This document shows positions 62,200-64,000 of a DNA stretch of 64,000 bases, piece by piece; within the stretch, counting starts at the first letter, position 1; each line of letters starts with the position of its first letter. Source of the stretch: Pecten maximus (lineage: Eukaryota). Both the position numbers and the translations under genes were made by a program. A model generated the notes under the pieces. It was not told where the DNA came from, ran no database searches, and worked only from the letters and a program-made list of their open reading frames with translations. Location of the stretch: assembly GCF_902652985.1 (NCBI RefSeq), contig NC_047023.1, forward strand, positions 21,390,001 through 21,454,000, written 5' to 3'.

Positions 62200-62470
62200 A
62201 CCTACATTCAGTTCCTATGGGACAAGCCTCCTATTGACCTTGATTGTTGTTCCTTTCTGGACAAGCCTCCTGTTTACCTGGATTGTAGTTCCCTATGGGA
62301 CAAGCCTCCTGTTGACCTGGATTATATTTCATTTTGGAACAAGCTTCCAGTTGAACGGGATTAAAGTTACTTTTGGGATAAGCCTCCTGTTGGTCTGGAT
62401 TGCAGTTCCCTATTGGGACAATTAATTTTAAGCCTCCATCCTGTTGACATAAATTGTAGTTCTGTGTTCG
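62200..62470. repeat. Degenerate 39-bp tandem repeat (GTTCCCTATGGGACAAGCCTCCTGTTGACCTGGATTGTA), ~7 copies
   Basis: 13-aa periodicity in ORF 62231..62566. Confidence 0.85.
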
Positions 62471-63183
62471 ACAATACTCCTTGAAGCCCCTCATTGACCG
62501 AGATATAGTTCCTTGTGTCAGGCTTGTTAAACTAAGTCTGGGTAGTAGTATGGATCCTGGTTTCATGTCAGATTAGCTTTACATGGTCAGATTGACCTTG
62601 ATCCTTAGGAAGGGTAATGTCATGTTTTTGACCTTGACTGACATTGCCTGATGTTGGCCTAGGCAGGGGTATAGTTCCCCCCACAGGTAGTATAGTGGCC
62701 TCAGTCTGCCAGCTGTGTGGCTGCAGAGTTGAGGCTATGGATCTGTGTTGGTTAACCAATGTTTCAGTCCAACATCACTGTACACAAATTCTACCAGTTT
62801 TGTTTGTCTATACATAAGACTAGGCAATTCTCAGTAATATTTTTATATCACGATTCCTCAGTGTGATTCTCCCATCCTGCTTGTTATACATATCATGTAA
62901 ACATTGTCCACAGGTACATCTCTGCCCATGCACTCTGCCTATTCTGGGCCTTTAGATTTTATACTGAGCTGTTTTTCTTGGTTAGATTTATAATATTCCT
63001 TATAATTTGTGTATTTTTTCATGTTATTCATAAAGGCTGTCCTATACAACTTCAGTTTTTATTCCTTAGGTTATTTTCTATCATCAACTCTTTATATTCT
63101 CTGTGCTTCCTGCATGTTATCATAGATACTATCCAGTGATCAGACATTTCAAGTCATAGATTTGAGTTGACATCTATCGCAGC

Positions 63184-63925
63184 TGTCTGGTCACAGAGAT
63201 AGGACATCTCTCCTGACTGGTCCCAGAGATAGGACATATCTCCTGACTGGTCCCAGAGATAGGACATCTCTCCTGACTGGTCCCAGAGATAGGACATCTC
63301 TCCTGACTGGTCCCAGAGATAGGACATCTCCTGACTGGTCCCAGAGATAGGACATCTCTCCTGTTTGGTTCCCGACTGGTCCCAGAGAGAGGACATCTCT
63401 CCCGACTGGTCCCAGAGATAGGATATCTCTCCTGACTGGTCCCAGAGATAGGACATCTCTCCTGTTTGGTTCCTGACTGGTCCCAGAGAGAGGACATCTC
63501 TCCCGACTGGTCCCAGAGATAGGACATCTCTCCTGACTGGTCCCAGAGATAGGATATCTCTCCTGACTGGTCCCAGAGATAAGATATCTCTCCTGTTTGG
63601 TTCCTGACTGGTCCCAGAGAGAGGACATCTCTCCCGACTGGTCCCAGAGATAGGACATCTCTCCTGACTGGTCCCGGAGAGAGGACATCTCTCCTGTCTG
63701 GTCCCAGAGATAGGACATCTCTCCTGACAGGTCCCAGAGATAGGACATCTCTCCTGACTGGTCCCAGAGAGAGGACATCTCTCCTGACTGGTCCCAGAGA
63801 TAGGACATCTCTCCTGACTGGTCCCAAAGATAGGACATCTCTCCTGACAGGTCCCAGAGATAGGACATCTCCCCCGAATGGTCCCAGAGATAGGACATCT
63901 CTCCTGTCTGGTCCCAGAGAGAGGA
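63184..63925. repeat. 30-bp minisatellite (CTGGTCCCAGAGATAGGACATCTCTCCTGA)n, ~24 copies, with three ~11-bp GTTTGGTTCC inserts
   Basis: 10-aa periodic ORFs; inserts at ~63363, 63463, 63594. Confidence 0.96.
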
Positions 63926-64000
63926 TAACTCTTATAAAGCCCATTCCAATTCAGTCCTAAAGTATTAGGATATCAGTACCTTACATTGACAGACATGATC

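Overview
Eukaryotic, AT-rich, essentially non-coding genomic DNA, most likely from a bivalve mollusc (scallop-like). This is inferred from the TACATGTA-rich background, HINE/Helentron-type elements and tRNA-SINE types; it is not verified. I found no credible protein-coding exon of a host gene. Roughly 40% of the window (about 27 kb by hand count) is about 30 unrelated minisatellite arrays with 16-97 bp units, and every long ORF in the track is a translation of these repeats. Between the arrays lie non-autonomous Helentron-like (HINE) elements (all in + orientation), tRNA-derived SINEs, MITE relics, degraded LINE fragments and a ~1.5 kb internally deleted Crypton-like (tyrosine-recombinase transposon) element with palindromic ends. 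A few well-formed + strand splice sites flank short non-coding segments, suggesting the window is mostly very long intron(s) in the 5' part of a + strand transcript. The two most notable observations are: (i) a 41-bp minisatellite whose unit reads as a recursive-splice-site cassette (branch-like TAAT, pyrimidine tract, CAG|GTAAG) folded into a palindrome with a copy of the U1 snRNA 5' end; (ii) the Crypton-like element with a ~140-nt branched terminal hairpin. Coordinates and copy numbers were read by eye and are approximate.
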